Assembly: GCA_951406725.2 (NCBI GenBank)
Contig: OX597822.1
Span: 38,874,001-38,938,000 of the forward strand
Direction of reading: 5' to 3'
From: Octopus vulgaris
Taxonomy: Eukaryota
Length of the DNA: 64,000 nt
The notes under the pieces were generated by a model. It had not been told where the DNA came from and made no database searches. It saw only the letters and a list, made by a program, of their open reading frames with translations. The stretch's first letter is position 1, and every line of letters starts with the position of its first letter. This document shows positions 36,785 to 50,830 of the stretch, in pieces. The translations under genes were made by a program, and so were the position numbers.

Positions 36785-39223
36785 CATCATCATCATCATC
36801 ATCATCATTTAGCGTCCGTTTTCCATGCTAGCATGGGTTGGACGGTTCTGCTGGGGTCTGTGAAGCCAGAAGGCTTCATCAGGCCCAGTCAAATCTGGCA
36901 GTGTTTCTACGGCTGGATGCCCTTCCTAACGCCAACCACTCCGTGAGTGTAGTGGGTGCTTTTTACGTGCCACCCGCACTGGTGCCAGCCAGAGCTGGCA
37001 AACGGCCACGAACGGATGGTGTTTTTTATGTGCCACCGGCACGAGGGCCAGGCGAGGCTGGCAACGAACACGAAACGGGGCGGTGCTGGCAACGGTCGCG
37101 AAACGGAAGGTTCTCTTACATGCCACCGGCACTGGTAACACATCTGCAATTTCCATTGATCGATTTCCATTGATCGATTTCGATTCTGATCCTCACTTGC
37201 CTCAATGGGTCTTCACAAGCAGAGTTTCGACATGCCACCGGCACTGGTAGCACATCCGCAATTTCCATTGATCGATTTCGATTCTGATCCTCACTTGCCT
37301 CAACACGTCTTCACAAGTAGAGTTTTGTGTCCCAAGAAGGGAAGGTATGCATACGTAGGCTGGCTCCATCCCATGTAGAAGGCCACGGGTTGTGGACTCA
37401 CTTGTCCTGCCGGGTCTTCTCGCGCACAGCACACTTCCAGAGGTCTCGGTCTCTAGTCATTTCCTCGGTGAGACCTAAAGTTCGAAGGTCGTGCTTCACC
37501 ACCTCGTCCCAGGTTTTCCTGGGTCTGCCTCTTCCACAGGTTCCCTCAACCGCTAGGGTGTGGCACTTTTTCACACAACTATCTTCATCCATTCTCGCCA
37601 CATGACCATACCAGCGCAAACGTCTCTCTTGCACACCACAACTGATGCTTCTTAGGTCCAGCTTTTCTCTCAAGGTACTTACACTCTGCCGAGTGTGAGT
37701 ACTGGCATTACACATCCATCGGAGCATACTGGCTTCATTTCTAGCGAGCTTACGCATATCCTCAGCAGTCACGGCCCATGTTTCACTGCCATGTAGCATG
37801 GCTGTTCGTACACACGCATCATACAGTCTGCCTTTCACTCTGTGCGAGAGGCCTTTTGTCACCAGCAGAGGTAAGAGCTCTCTGAACTTTGCCCAAGCTA
37901 TTCTTACTCTAGCAGTTACACTTTCAGCACACCCGCCCCCGCTGCTGACTTGGTCACCTAGGTAACGGAAACTATCAACTATTTCTAGTTTTTCTCCCTG
38001 GAAAGTGACAGAAGTTGGTCTCAGAGCATTTTCAGTGTTTATTGTTCCTGAGCATCTGCCACATACAAAAACCATCTTCCTAGTTAGCCTTCCTTTGACA
38101 TTGCTGCATCTCTTATGTGTCCATAGCTTACACTTGGTGCATCTTATAGAGTTTCTACCTACACCTTTTCTACAGATCGAGCAGGGCCATCTACCTGAAG
38201 GTGTTTGTGATTTGTCTACCTTCCTACTGATTACGACTTTGGTTTTAGCTAGATTGACTCTGAGGCCCTTCGATTCTAATCCTTGTTTCCACACCTGAAA
38301 CTTCTCCTCCAGTTCTGATAGCGACTCAGCAATTAGAGCAAGGTCATCAGCATAGAGGAGCTCCCAAGGGCATCCTGTCTTGAATTCCTCTGTTATTGCC
38401 TGGAGGACTATGATAAATAGGAGGGGGCTGAGTACTGAGCCTTGGTGGACCCCTACCTCTACCCGGAATTCTTCACTGTACTCATTTCCAACCCTCACCC
38501 TACTAGCGGCGTCCCTATACATGGCCCGCACAGCTCTCACTAACCATTCATCTATCCCTAGTTTTCTCATTGCCCACCAGATAAGGGATCGGGGGACCCT
38601 GTCGAAGGCTTTCTCCATGTCAACAAAAGCCAGGTACAGGGGCTTATCTTTGGCTAGGTATTTCTCCTGCAGCTGCCTTACCAGGAATATAGCATCAGTA
38701 GTACTTTTCCCTGGCACAAACCCAAACTGCATCTCATCTAAACTAACTCTCTCTCTAATTAGTTGGGCTATGACCCTCTCCGTAACCTTCATCACCTGGT
38801 CCAACAGCTTGATACCTCTGTAGTTGTTTGTATCTAGGGCATCACCTTTACCTTTGTAGCAGTTGACTATTATACTGCTACACCAGTCATTGGGTATGAC
38901 CCCTTTGTGTATCACCTGATTAACTATATGGGTGACTAGGCTATAGCCGACACTACCAGACATTTTGAGCATCTCTGCAGTGATTCCTGATGGGCCTGGG
39001 GCTTTCCCTGTCTTCATGCTTCTAATTGCCTTAGCTACCACAGAACTATCAACTCGGATAGCTGGTCCCTCTGTTGGGTCAACATTCGGCAGACTCTCTT
39101 TATCCCATTCATTTTCTTCATTCAGCAACCTTTCATAGTGGCATCTCCAAACCTCTCTCTTTGCATCCTCATTTAGCGCAAGTGAACCATCTTCCATGCG
39201 AACACACTTCTTCCATGCGAACA
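36785..39223 (-). mobile_element. Young 5'-truncated RTE-clade LINE
   Basis: Uninterrupted RT ORF, ~600-bp 3' UTR with internal repeats, (GAT)n tail; both flanks (TA)-rich. Confidence 0.95.
37398..39209 (-). CDS. RTE ORF2 reverse transcriptase with PHD-like finger (endonuclease lost by truncation)
   Basis: [69 protein letters not shown]; ~600 codons without a stop. Confidence 0.95.
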   Translation of the reverse strand, partial: KCVRMEDGSLALNEDAKREVWRCHYERLLNEENEWDKESLPNVDPTEGPAIRVDSSVVAKAIRSMKTGKAPGPSGITAEMLKMSGSVGYSLVTHIVNQVIHKGVIPNDWCSSIIVNCYKGKGDALDTNNYRGIKLLDQVMKVTERVIAQLIRERVSLDEMQFGFVPGKSTTDAIFLVRQLQEKYLAKDKPLYLAFVDMEKAFDRVPRSLIWWAMRKLGIDEWLVRAVRAMYRDAASRVRVGNEYSEEFRVEVGVHQGSVLSPLLFIIVLQAITEEFKTGCPWELLYADDLALIAESLSELEEKFQVWKQGLESKGLRVNLAKTKVVISRKVDKSQTPSGRWPCSICRKGVGRNSIRCTKCKLWTHKRCSNVKGRLTRKMVFVCGRCSGTINTENALRPTSVTFQGEKLEIVDSFRYLGDQVSSGGGCAESVTARVRIAWAKFRELLPLLVTKGLSHRVKGRLYDACVRTAMLHGSETWAVTAEDMRKLARNEASMLRWMCNASTHTRQSVSTLREKLDLRSISCGVQERRLRWYGHVARMDEDSCVKKCHTLAVEGTCGRGRPRKTWDEVVKHDLRTLGLTEEMTRDRDLWKCAVREKTRQDK

Positions 39224-39400
39224 TACATACATATACATATACATACATATATATATATACATACATATACATATACATACATATATATATATACATATAC
39301 ATACATATATATATATATACATATACATACATATATATATATATACATATACATACATATATATATATATACATATACATACATATATATATATATACAT

Positions 39401-39443
<43 letters not shown>

Positions 39444-39494
39444 CATACATATATATATATATACATATACATACATATATATATATACATATAC

Positions 39495-39527
<33 letters not shown>

Positions 39528-39552
39528 CATATACATATATATATACATATAC

Positions 39553-39617
<65 letters not shown>

Positions 39618-39909
39618 CATATATATACATATACATATATATATATATACATATACATATATATATATATACATATACATATATATATATACATATACAT
39701 ATATATATATATACATATACATACATATATATATATACATATATATATATACATATCTGACTGGCCTGGTGCAGCCTTCGGGCTCCCCAGACCCCAGTTG
39801 AACCGTCCAACCCATGCTAGCATGGAAAGCGGACGTTAAATGATGATGATGATGATAATACATAAATATATATACATATATATATATACATACATATATA
39901 TATATACAT

Positions 39910-39940
<31 letters not shown>

Positions 39941-40324
39941 CATACATATATTTACATATATATATATACATATACATACATATATATACATATACATACA
40001 TATATATACATATACATACATATATATACATATACATACATATATATACATATATATACATACATATATATACATATATATACATACATATATATACATA
40101 TATATATATACATATACATACATATATATACATATACATACATATATATATATACATATATATATATACATATATATATATATACATACATACATATACA
40201 TACATATATACATATATATACATATACATATGCATATACATATATATGAATATACATATATATATATATATATATGAATATACATATATATATATATATA
40301 TATATGAATATACATATATATATA
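39224..40324. repeat. (AT)n/(ACAT)n satellite containing a ~100-bp RTE 3' tip at 39755-39857
   Basis: Directly visible; tip near-identical to 41258-41362. Confidence 0.9.
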
Positions 40325-41364
40325 TGTAAGCTCGTGAGGAACGAAGCCAGTATGCTCCGATGGATGTGTAATGTCAGTGTACTTACTCGACAGAGCGTTA
40401 GTACCTTGAGAGAAATGTTGTACCTAAGAAGCATCAGTTGTTGTGTGCAAGAGAGACGATTGCGCTGGTATGGTCATGTGGCGAGAATGGATGAAGAGAG
40501 GTGTGTGAGAAAGTGCCAATCCCTAGCAGTTGAGGGAACCCGTGGAAGAGGTAGACCCAGGAAAACCTGGGACGAGGTGGTGAAGCACGACCTTCGGACG
40601 TTAGGTCTCACCATGGAAATGACTAGAGACCGAGACCTATGGAAGTATGCTGTGCGTGAGAAGACCCGGCAAGACTAGTAAAGCCATAATCCGTGGCCCC
40701 TACCTGGGACGTAGTCAGTCCACCTGTGCATACCTTCCTTCTTGTGACACTTGTGAAGACCTGTTGAGGCAAGTGAGAATCGAATCGTATCAAACCAAAT
40801 CGAACCAAATCAAAATAGATGAACATCAATGGAATTTGTATCCTTGTGGTACCAGTGCCGGTGGGACATAAGAAAACCATCCGAACGTGACCGTAGCCAG
40901 TACCGCAATGACTGGCCTCCGTGCTGAGGGCACGTAACAAACACCATCCGAGCGTGGCCGTCCGCCAGCCTCGTCTAGCACCTGTGTCGGTGACACATAA
41001 GATAACACCATCCGAGCGTGGCCGTCTGCCAGCCTCGTCTGGCACCTGTGTCGGTGGCACATAAAAAACACCATCCGAGCGTGGCCGTCTGCCAGCCTCG
41101 TCTGGCACCTGTGTCGGTGGCACATAAAAAACACCATCCGAGCGTGGCCGTCTGCCAGCCTCGTCTGGCACCTGTGTCGGTGGCACATAAAATCACCCAC
41201 TACACTCTCGGAGTGGTTGGCGTTAGGAAGGGCATCCAGCTGTAGAAACACTGCCACATCTGACTGGCCTGGTGCAGCCTTCGGGCTTCCCAGACCCCAG
41301 TTGAACCGTCCAACCCATGCTAGCATGGAAAGCGGACGTTAAACGATGATGATGATGATGATGA
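40325..41364 (+). mobile_element. 5'-truncated RTE LINE
   Basis: [14 protein letters not shown]...REKTRQD* (to 40678), UTR with 61-bp tandem repeats, (GAT)n tail. Confidence 0.95.
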
Positions 41365-41411
41365 TATATATATATATATGAATATACATATATATATATA
41401 TATATATATGA

Positions 41412-41458
<47 letters not shown>

Positions 41459-41774
41459 TATGAATATACATATATATATATATATACATATATATGATAT
41501 ATATATATATATATATATACATATATATGAATATACATATATATATATATATATATATATGAATATACATATATATATATATATATACATATATATGAAT
41601 ATACATATATATATATATATATACATATATATGAATATACATATATATATATATATACACATATATATGAATATACATATATATATATATATACACATAT
41701 ATATGAATATACATATATATATATATATACATATATATGAATATACATATATATATATATACATATATATATGA

Positions 41775-41813
<39 letters not shown>

Positions 41814-42060
41814 TATACATATATATATATATATACATATATATACATATATATGAATATACATATATATATATATATACATATATATACATATACATAC
41901 ATATATATACATATACACATATACATACATATATATACATATACATACATATATATACATATACATATATACATATACATACATATATATACATATACAT
42001 ATATACATATACATACATATATATACATATACATATATACATATACATACATATATATAC

Positions 42061-42097
<37 letters not shown>

Positions 42098-42236
42098 CAC
42101 ATACATATATACATATATATATATACATACATATACACACACACACATATACATATATACACACACACACATGTATGTATATAACTTTATATGTATATAT
42201 GTTTGTGTATATATGTATATAGGTATGCATGTATGT

Positions 42237-42270
<34 letters not shown>

Positions 42271-42320
42271 ATATATATATATATATATATATAAATATAT
42301 ATGCATATATGTATATGTAT
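41365..42320. repeat. (AT)n-based minisatellite with GAATATAC core grading into (ACAT)n
   Basis: Directly visible; same unit on the other side of the RTE at 40245-40324. Confidence 0.9.
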
Positions 42321-44009
42321 ATGTGTTTGTGTGTGTCTGTGTACATGTGCATACAAACATGCATGGGTACAGTATATATTACACATCTAAATATCAGTAT
42401 AGGTATGGATGTGTGTGGGTGTGAATGTAAAAAATATCTGTGCGTGTGTGCATGCGTGCATGTATATATGTGTGTGTATATGTTTGTGTGCGTGTGTGCA
42501 GGAAATATAAAAGAAAGTATAAGAAGAAAGAAGTATGAATGGAAATGTGCTGAGAGCTAGAACAATATTTGGATAAAGAAGAGATTGTTTTGGTTAGGAC
42601 TGACATCTTGCTTTACCCCAAGAAGATCTGAAGATAAGGGTGGTTGAACCACATTTGTATACACACACACACACACACACATATGCACAGATACATACAT
42701 ACATACATACACTACACTGGCAATAACACCCGCCATTAGCAGTATCACCCCATAAACATGACTTCCATTGCATGTAAGCCCCACTTTCCACCACACTGTA
42801 TGTAACCTCTTCCTGCACCACCAACGCCACCGCCATCACCACCACCACCACCACCACCCTCACTGGTTAATGCTGAAAATAGAGAGCAAAATGAAATTTT
42901 AAAAAAAACACCCCAAAAAAAAACCCGAGGGAGAGAGAGAAAGAGGCAGAATATGTTGAGATGACAATGTGAGAACTCGCTTGAGAGTTATTGTGTGAAT
43001 GATAGTGATAGCATGGGAGGCTGTGGTGGTATTGATGGTGTTCTGTAGCAGTTGTAGTCATATAAAGGTGTTGGTATTGGTGGAAGTGGGGGGGGGGGCC
43101 GATGGTTGTATGCAGAAATATAGTATAGTGCTAGTGGTAGTGGTGATGGGTTATAGTGGCAGTTGTGGATGGTGGTGTAATACTGTATGGTGTCAGTGAT
43201 ATATATGGCGGTATGAGGTAAGTGTGTAGAAGTGGTGGTGGTGGTGGTTGTGGTAGCAGTAATGATAGTGTCGATGGTTGTGGTAGTGATGATGGTGGTG
43301 GTGATGTTGGTGGTTGTCGTAGTGATGGTGGTGGTGGAGATGATGGTGATAGTGTTGAATGTAGTGTGTTGTTGTGGTGGTGTGGTGATGTATAATGGTG
43401 GACTATTCTCTACAATGAATATATATTTATTGATGATAATTCTTCAGATTAATTAACATCAACCAATGTACAATTCAACAGATTCAAAGGAAAAGGCGTT
43501 GGCAATCCCAAGAGTGAAACTTCATTGGGTGTGTGTGTATACACAGACATACATACACACCTTTGTGTATGTATGCATGCACACACACACACACACACAC
43601 ACATATGTGCATGTACACACACAGATTATATATAATGTCTTAAAATGTGATTTGTTACAAGTGGCCATATGTTTCACTCCACACAAGCTTTTCAAACCAA
43701 GAGCACCTTCTGAGTTAAACAGGCTGGGCATCATGGGTATTTGCCTTATATCATAGCTTCAAATTCACTCAAAACTTGTGAGTGAAAGTGGAGACTTTAT
43801 GGAAGCCTGCCAAACGGATTTGTATCTGTAATTCAAAAATCTGGCCTTATTATATTGTGCCGTACTGCTTTGGCCTGGCAATTATATTAAAAGGTACACA
43901 TGTCTGTGGAATACTCAGCTACTTCTATGCGAATTAAGTGAGTAGGTAGTCCAGCTGATTAAAACAACCTGAATACTCATTATGAAAGGTGATGGCAAAT
44001 CTATCATGT

Positions 44010-45260
44010 AATGGTTGTTGCTGTCTATCATATCACTCCTTATCCAAACAGACAGACCTATGGTCAAAGACATTCCAGTATTGACCATCCAGTCCTTTAT
44101 TCAGACATAGTGTATCTAAAGCTACACAATCTAATGTATCCTCCTTGGTCAAAATGTATCCTCATGACCAAAAGTGTTCCTTTTGGCCACCATCTTAGTT
44201 TTTATTCAGATATGGGTTGCAGAATGCCTTCTTCCTATTTTCAATTGCTTTCACCCAGGTCAGCTTGTGTGAGCAGATATGTGATCAAAAATGTTACAGC
44301 CATGACCATCCAGTCTTTTACGGATGGGTGGTTCCTTGCTTCCCTACACTGTGGTCTCAGGTCCAGTGTGCAGTACTTTGGGCAAGTATCTTCTACTATA
44401 GCTTCAGGGAGTGGATTTCAAACTGAAATAAGCCCTTATTTACATTTGATGGATATTTGTCCTCATCTTGTTTGTGCTCTCCAGGTGTCCTGTGGGAATT
44501 TCAAACCTGGGTTCTCATTCCTAAGATATTTTTCTGTTGTTGTTGTTGTAGAAAACCATATCTTGCCATGGGGAAATATTACCTAGCTTGGAAACAGGTG
44601 AGGGTTGGCACCAGGAAGTGCATCCAGTGCTGTAGAAAATATGCCCCAACAAATTATGTCTGAGTCGTACAACTATGGAAAGGTATGGTAAAGTATGGGG
44701 GCATGCACTGTACGTCACTGTATCCACTATTTGTCTGATTCCCTACACCTGGTAGATGACATCTTTGCACTACCCATGCGACAACCCTGCAACCCATGGG
44801 TCTGTTTGGGTAGAGTCACTGTTGAGGGTTTAATGAGGTCAGAGTACAAGCCCTACCTCAACCTCTTTTAGCTGCCTTTTCTGACAGAAAGGATACTTTT
44901 GATCTATTCCTTAGCATGCTGATCTCCATACAGCAATGGAAAGGTGATAATGATGACAGTGTACCTAGGACTACATTATCTAATGTGCTCTTGTTATTGC
45001 ATTGTCAACTTTGATCTAGTAGACCTATGATTAAAAAGTATTCCAGGCATGACCATCCTGACTTCCATTCAGACATGTATCTAGGACTACATTTTTCAAT
45101 GTGTCCTTCCTTTCATTGTTATTTTTACTCCAGATGAGCTATGACTCAGCAGACCTGAGATCAAAGACATTCCATTCATGGCCATCCCATCTAGAGTTAT
45201 CCAGACTACATTATTTCATATATCCTTTCCTTCTTTAAAACAGTAGCTTTGGAGCTTAAG
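44010..45260. repeat. Cluster of unclassified family E repeat fragments
   Basis: Recurrent CAGACCTATGATCAAAGACATTCCAG..TGACCATCC and CTAGGACTACATT at ~44050, 44270, 45020, 45150. Confidence 0.6.
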
Positions 45261-45849
45261 AGAGATTCACCTGATATTCCTTGAGAATCCATCATTGGAT
45301 ACAAATTTATATAAATGCTATCAATAGACAAGTTATCGATCACAGTATCAATATTTAGTATCACTTGTGGGTATGTCTCGATACATCTCCAGCACCATCT
45401 ATTTCTCTCTCTCACTCTGACTGTCTCTCCCTTTCTTTCTAACTCTATCTTTTTTTCCTCTCCTTTCTTTTCCTACTAAGATAGCCAAGTGTCTCCTCTA
45501 CAGTAAGACACCTATCTCTATCCCTCTTTTATACTTTAACCTCTCGACTGGCCAACTCCCTCAGTACCACACCCACTCTCAGCTGAGGAGTCTTATAAGT
45601 TACTTGGGTGCCTTTTGGTGCTGTTGCCATGTAAAAAGCACCAGTGCTAGGTCCACATAAAAAGCAACCAGCTGTAGAGACCATGCCAAAACAAACAATG
45701 GAGTTTGGTGCAGCTCTCTGGCCTACCAGTTCCTGTCAAGCTGTCCAACTCATGCCAGCATGGAAAATGGACATTAAATGATGATGATGATGATGATGAT
45801 GATGATTAGGTCTGTCACGAGCCCTAGGACTCATAAGATTAGAACTTAA

Positions 45850-46076
45850 CCCAGTTTCCATGGCATATAGGTCATTGAGACCACAACACTACCTGGATGG
45901 GATGCCAGTCCATCGCAGGGTTAACTTCCTAGCAATTGCTGGAGTTTATTTACAACTTATTGGACAAGAGCAATGTGAAACAAAATATCTTGTTCCAGAA
46001 GACAACACACCACCTGGTCCAGGATTCGAAACCACAATATCACAATCATGAGTGCAACATCCTAACCAGAGGGCCA
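45850..46076 (-). mobile_element. SINE family C-like
   Basis: Minus head with GGTTTCGAATCCTGGACC; tail CCTGCGATGGACTGGCATCCCATCCAG. Confidence 0.75.
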
Positions 46077-47785
46077 TGGGAAAATGGACTTGTGGAAGTT
46101 AAAGAGCAATAGATGAATTACATAGAAATATTTAATTATGTGAAATCCTGCTGGATCGACTTTTGTCTTTTATTCTTCTCAGGTCAGAAAAATAAGTACC
46201 AGTTACCTACTAGGGTCTGTTTAATCAACTAAACTCTTAGTAAGAAATTATTTACAAGCTCAGTAGCAAGTATTGGACAAAGTACCTTCCAGGCATCAAT
46301 CGCTTCACAGTGTACTGGGTGCTTTTTATGTGACACCAGCACAGATGTTACATGGTCCTGGCATGGGTGCTTTTTACATGGCACCAGTTCTTCTTGAGCC
46401 CTAGGGCTTCTAAGATCAGTTACCTAGTTTCCATGGCAAGTAAGTGACTTAGTGAGATTTGAACTCAGAACATAAACATAAACAGAAGAAATGCAGCTAA
46501 TTGTTTTGTCCAACATGTTAACGATTCTGACAGCTTATTGTCTTGACAACAGTTACAGCCATCATTATTATGATGATAATTAATCATCATTATTTATACT
46601 ATTACTTCTTATAACCATCATACTATCACCAATACATACCACTACCCACACCACTCACGCCAACACCTATACTACCAGTAATACCTGAACACCTTTATCA
46701 CCACTATCCACACCATAACCACCACCAATACTACCATGACAGACACTATTACCACCATCAAAACTACAACTACTATCACCAATACCACAACCAGAATCTT
46801 TGGTTGATTGTTGTTGTATGTTATGGATCACATGACCCTTTTCTTATAATCTTCTTCACTGTTTTCATCAGGTCAGTAGGTCTGCGTTCAAGCCACTCTT
46901 TCATCTCCCACTACCACCCCACAATCTTCATCACCTCCCCATGCATTACCACCACCACAATCTCAATCCTCATTAACACTGTCAACCCCGCCACCAAAAT
47001 CATTTCTAACTCCATCATCATCATCATCATCATCATCTGTACATAGTACATATGGTGGTGGTAGTAATGTTAACTACCACCACCACCACCACCACCCTCG
47101 TGACCAACTTCCACCAGCAACATCATCAATGCCACATCTACCATCATCTCCATTTACCACAAACACTACCACCACAATCACCATCTACCTACTACCCTAC
47201 CATCACTGCAACCACCAGCCACCATCACCATCAACACCACCATCACCACCACCGTCAATCACCCAAACAACAATTATCATTAATCCTTGGCAGACTAGAT
47301 TATCCCTTAGAAAATATCAGCCAGGATTAACAGCTCCCTCAGAAGATTGACCCCTGATAAACCCCAGTCTTTGGTAACCAACAAAAACAACTCTGTAGCA
47401 CATGCTGGCCTTAAGAACCCCCAAAACAACTTTAAACAAAGTAACAACAGTATCCCTGGGGGCTAGGAACCCCCATACAATGCTTAAGTTGGAAAGGAGC
47501 AGATGTAACAATAGCCTAGTCATAAACCCAAGGATAGGACCAAAACAGTATAGTCCTGCTAGAAACAATAACCAAATCACTCTGAAATCAGACATAACCA
47601 CCTTTAAAAAAGAAGGGCCATGCAAAATGATGTAGTTTTAGATAAACTATGATTTGATAGGTCCTATGTAAAATATGATGGAATGGTCATGGTGAGAACA
47701 TATGATTGTAAGTCTGCTCAAACAGGATTGAACAGGAGCTGAACAACTCAGGGGATCACTTACATGGTATTGTTTGGTTTTCTTC

Positions 47786-48092
47786 ATAAAGGTAAAGAGT
47801 AAAGACCCCCTTCAGTTATGAATGATGAGAGGATTGCACTTAGAAAGTTACCCTCCAAGAAACAAGTCCAGGCTAGGTTGTTTATGGAAGACCAGCAGTC
47901 GCCCATGCCACTGATGCTATCCAAGGGAAAGGCAAAGGCTGATACAGCTTGGCAGCACCAGTGATGTTGCAACTAATTTCTACAGCTGAGTGAACTGGAG
48001 TAATGTGGAAATAAAGTGTCTTGTTCAAGAACACAACACACAGCCCTGTCCAGGAACCGAACTCACTACCCCATAACTGTAAGCCCAATGCA
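47786..48092 (-). mobile_element. SINE family C
   Basis: Reverse complement of the 14455 element. Confidence 0.8.
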
Positions 48093-48871
48093 ATAGATAA
48101 TCTAATTAGGCTTAGATAATGCTTAGATATTGGTGTCTAGTTTTGGTAGGCTCTGTGGAATATATACTCAAGGGGATGACAACACAGTATCCCTAAAGAT
48201 CTCCTTCTTCTAATAATGCCTTCAGTCAGAAGTAAAAGACAATGTAGTACAATATATATACATATATATACATATACATATATATACATACATATACATA
48301 TATATACATATACATACATATACATACATATATATACATATACATACATATACATATATATACATATACATACATATACATATAGATACATATATATATA
48401 TACACACGCACACACACATATACATACATACATATAATGTATAAATACTCTCGACGCTCACACGCATAAATATCCACAAAGGCACTCCTACATACATATG
48501 TGCATAGAAATACATACACACACACACAGAAACTGTCTGAGAAAGCTGTGATTAAGATAAATACATTAACTACAACCTCCCACCCTCCCTCCTTCCCTTC
48601 CTCTCTGCACAGAATTAGGTTACTATTTCTAAATGTTAAGGGACTGTATATACCGACAAGTCTGTTAGTTGCGGAGATGTAGTTGTGTGGGTGTTTGTAT
48701 GTGTATGTAATTAGGTGCAGTACTCTATGTATGTGTGTGTGTGTGTGTGTGTGTGAATGTAGCTGTATGTGAAGTTAGTTTGCTTGCATGTACAGCAGAG
48801 TGTGTGTGTGTATGCAGCAGTCTGATGGTTGTGTGTATGTGTAACCAGCTGCATGTGTGTCTACTACTATG

Positions 48872-48931
<60 letters not shown>

Positions 48932-49028
48932 TATATATACATATTTGTATATGTGCATATATATATATACACATATATATATGCATATATATATACATAT
49001 ATATATGTCTATATGTGTATATATATGC

Positions 49029-49066
<38 letters not shown>

Positions 49067-49107
49067 GTATGTATATATATATATGTATGTACATATATAT
49101 ATATATG

Positions 49108-49161
<54 letters not shown>

Positions 49162-49664
49162 TATATGCATATATATATGTGAGTATATACATATATATAT
49201 ATAAGATTAAATAGAATATATATAGTGTTTGTGCATAACACAGTTGCAAGGTCTTTTGTGTGTGTGTGTGTGTGTGTTTGTGTATGTTTTCGTGTACATA
49301 TGTATCTATGTATGTACATACATGCAGGGTGCCAGCTGTATTATTATTATTATTATATATATATGTACGTGCAAGTGAATATTTGCCAAGAAGAAAGTCA
49401 GAAATATTACATAACATTTGTCTAATGTTCCACAACACAGACAATATAGTGTTTTAGTTAACAATGCTTATTGTTGTTGTTGTTGTTATCTGTCTTGTTT
49501 TGCTTCCCCAGGGAGCCAGCCCTGATCCAGTGAGACTATTGACCATTACACAAAACAGTTTTTGCTGTGGAGCTTCCCAGGAGGTCAACCCTGATTGATC
49601 AACAACCGCAACAGATATAGTGTAAGGTTAATAATACTTTTTGTAACTGTTGCTATTGTTGTAT

Positions 49665-50010
49665 GTGGAGGTGCAATGGGCCAGTGGTTAGGGCAGCGGA
49701 CTCGTGGTCATAGGATTGCGGTTTCAATTCCCAGACTGGGTGTTGTGAATGTTTACTGAGCTAAAACACCTAAAGCTCCACAAAGCTCCAGCAGGGTGCT
49801 GTACTCTTTCACCACAACTTTCTTTCACTCTTCCTTCCTGTTTCTGTTGTACCTATATTTTCAAAGGCCCAACCTTGTCACACTCTGTGTCACGCTGAAT
49901 CTCCCTGAGAACTACATTAAGAGTACACGTGTCTGTGAAGTGCTCAGCATGTTAATTTCACAACCCAGATCAACTGGAACCCTCGTCCTCATAACCGACG
50001 GAATGCTACG
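49665..50010 (+). mobile_element. SINE family D head with alternative tail
   Basis: GTGGAGGTGCAATGGGCCAGTGGTTAGGGCAGCGGAC...GGTTTCAATTCCC; diverges from the 4592 copy after ~49845. Confidence 0.75.
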
Positions 50011-50051
50011 ATTGTTGTATAGCCTCTTCATTGTCTTGGATATGACTTTAA

Positions 50052-50260
50052 CCCTTTAGCATTCAAATTATTTTGTCAAATATAATTTTTATTTATTCCC
50101 ATTGTTTTAAATAATCATGTATTGTCTTGCAGGTACAAGATTTTGATATGACATGATTGCATAATTTTAGAATGACATTGTAGGGTAGGTGTGAGAGATG
50201 AGATCTGGCTAGTTTGAGTGCAAAACCAGTAGAATATTTGGGCCGGATATGGCTGAAGGG
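50052..50260. mobile_element. TTAA-specific (piggyBac-like) MITE
   Basis: TTAA|CCCTTTAGC ... GCTGAAGGG|TTAA; second copy at 56825. Confidence 0.8.
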
Positions 50261-50452
50261 TTAAACTGCATCTGACAATGCCACGTTAGGTCAGGAGGTG
50301 CAGGGTTTCAAAGAATGTAGAATCACCTCTTAGCTGTTATTGTTCCCGAGTCTACTTTGATCCAGCTATGGTTCCAGCTAGGGGTTAATTAGCATATGAG
50401 AGCTTGCCTACCTATGTAAATGAAGCAGGAAGAGCATCTGGCTCTAGAAAAT

Positions 50453-50830
50453 CATCATCATCATCATTTAATGCTTGTTGTCCATGCTGGCATGGGTTGG
50501 ATGGTTTGACCAGGGCTGGTAAGCTGATGGGCCACACCAGACTCTATTCTGATTTCCTAATACCAACCACCCCTAGAGTGTAACGGGTGCTTTTGCATAC
50601 CACCGGCATGGGGGCCAGTTGCATGACAGCAGTATCAGCTACATTGCCTCCATAAGGCCCAACACTTGAAGGTGCATTTTATGTGCCACCAGCACGGGTG
50701 CCAGTTACATGACACTGTCATTGGTCACATTGCCTCTATGAGGCCCAACACTCAAGTGGTGCTTTTTACATGCCACCAGCATAGGTGCCAGTCCCGTGAT
50801 ACCAGCACTGGCCACATAGCCTCCGTGAGA
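50453..50830 (-). mobile_element. RTE-tail-bearing element with internal tandem repeats
   Basis: (CAT)n, CCATGCTGGCATGGGTTGG, three ~85-bp repeats. Confidence 0.75.

Noticed and set aside
37398-40241. 947-aa ORF as one protein
   Set aside because: The first ~340 codons are stop-free read-through of (AT)/(ACAT) satellite and an antisense RTE tip; only 37398-39209 is RT-homologous
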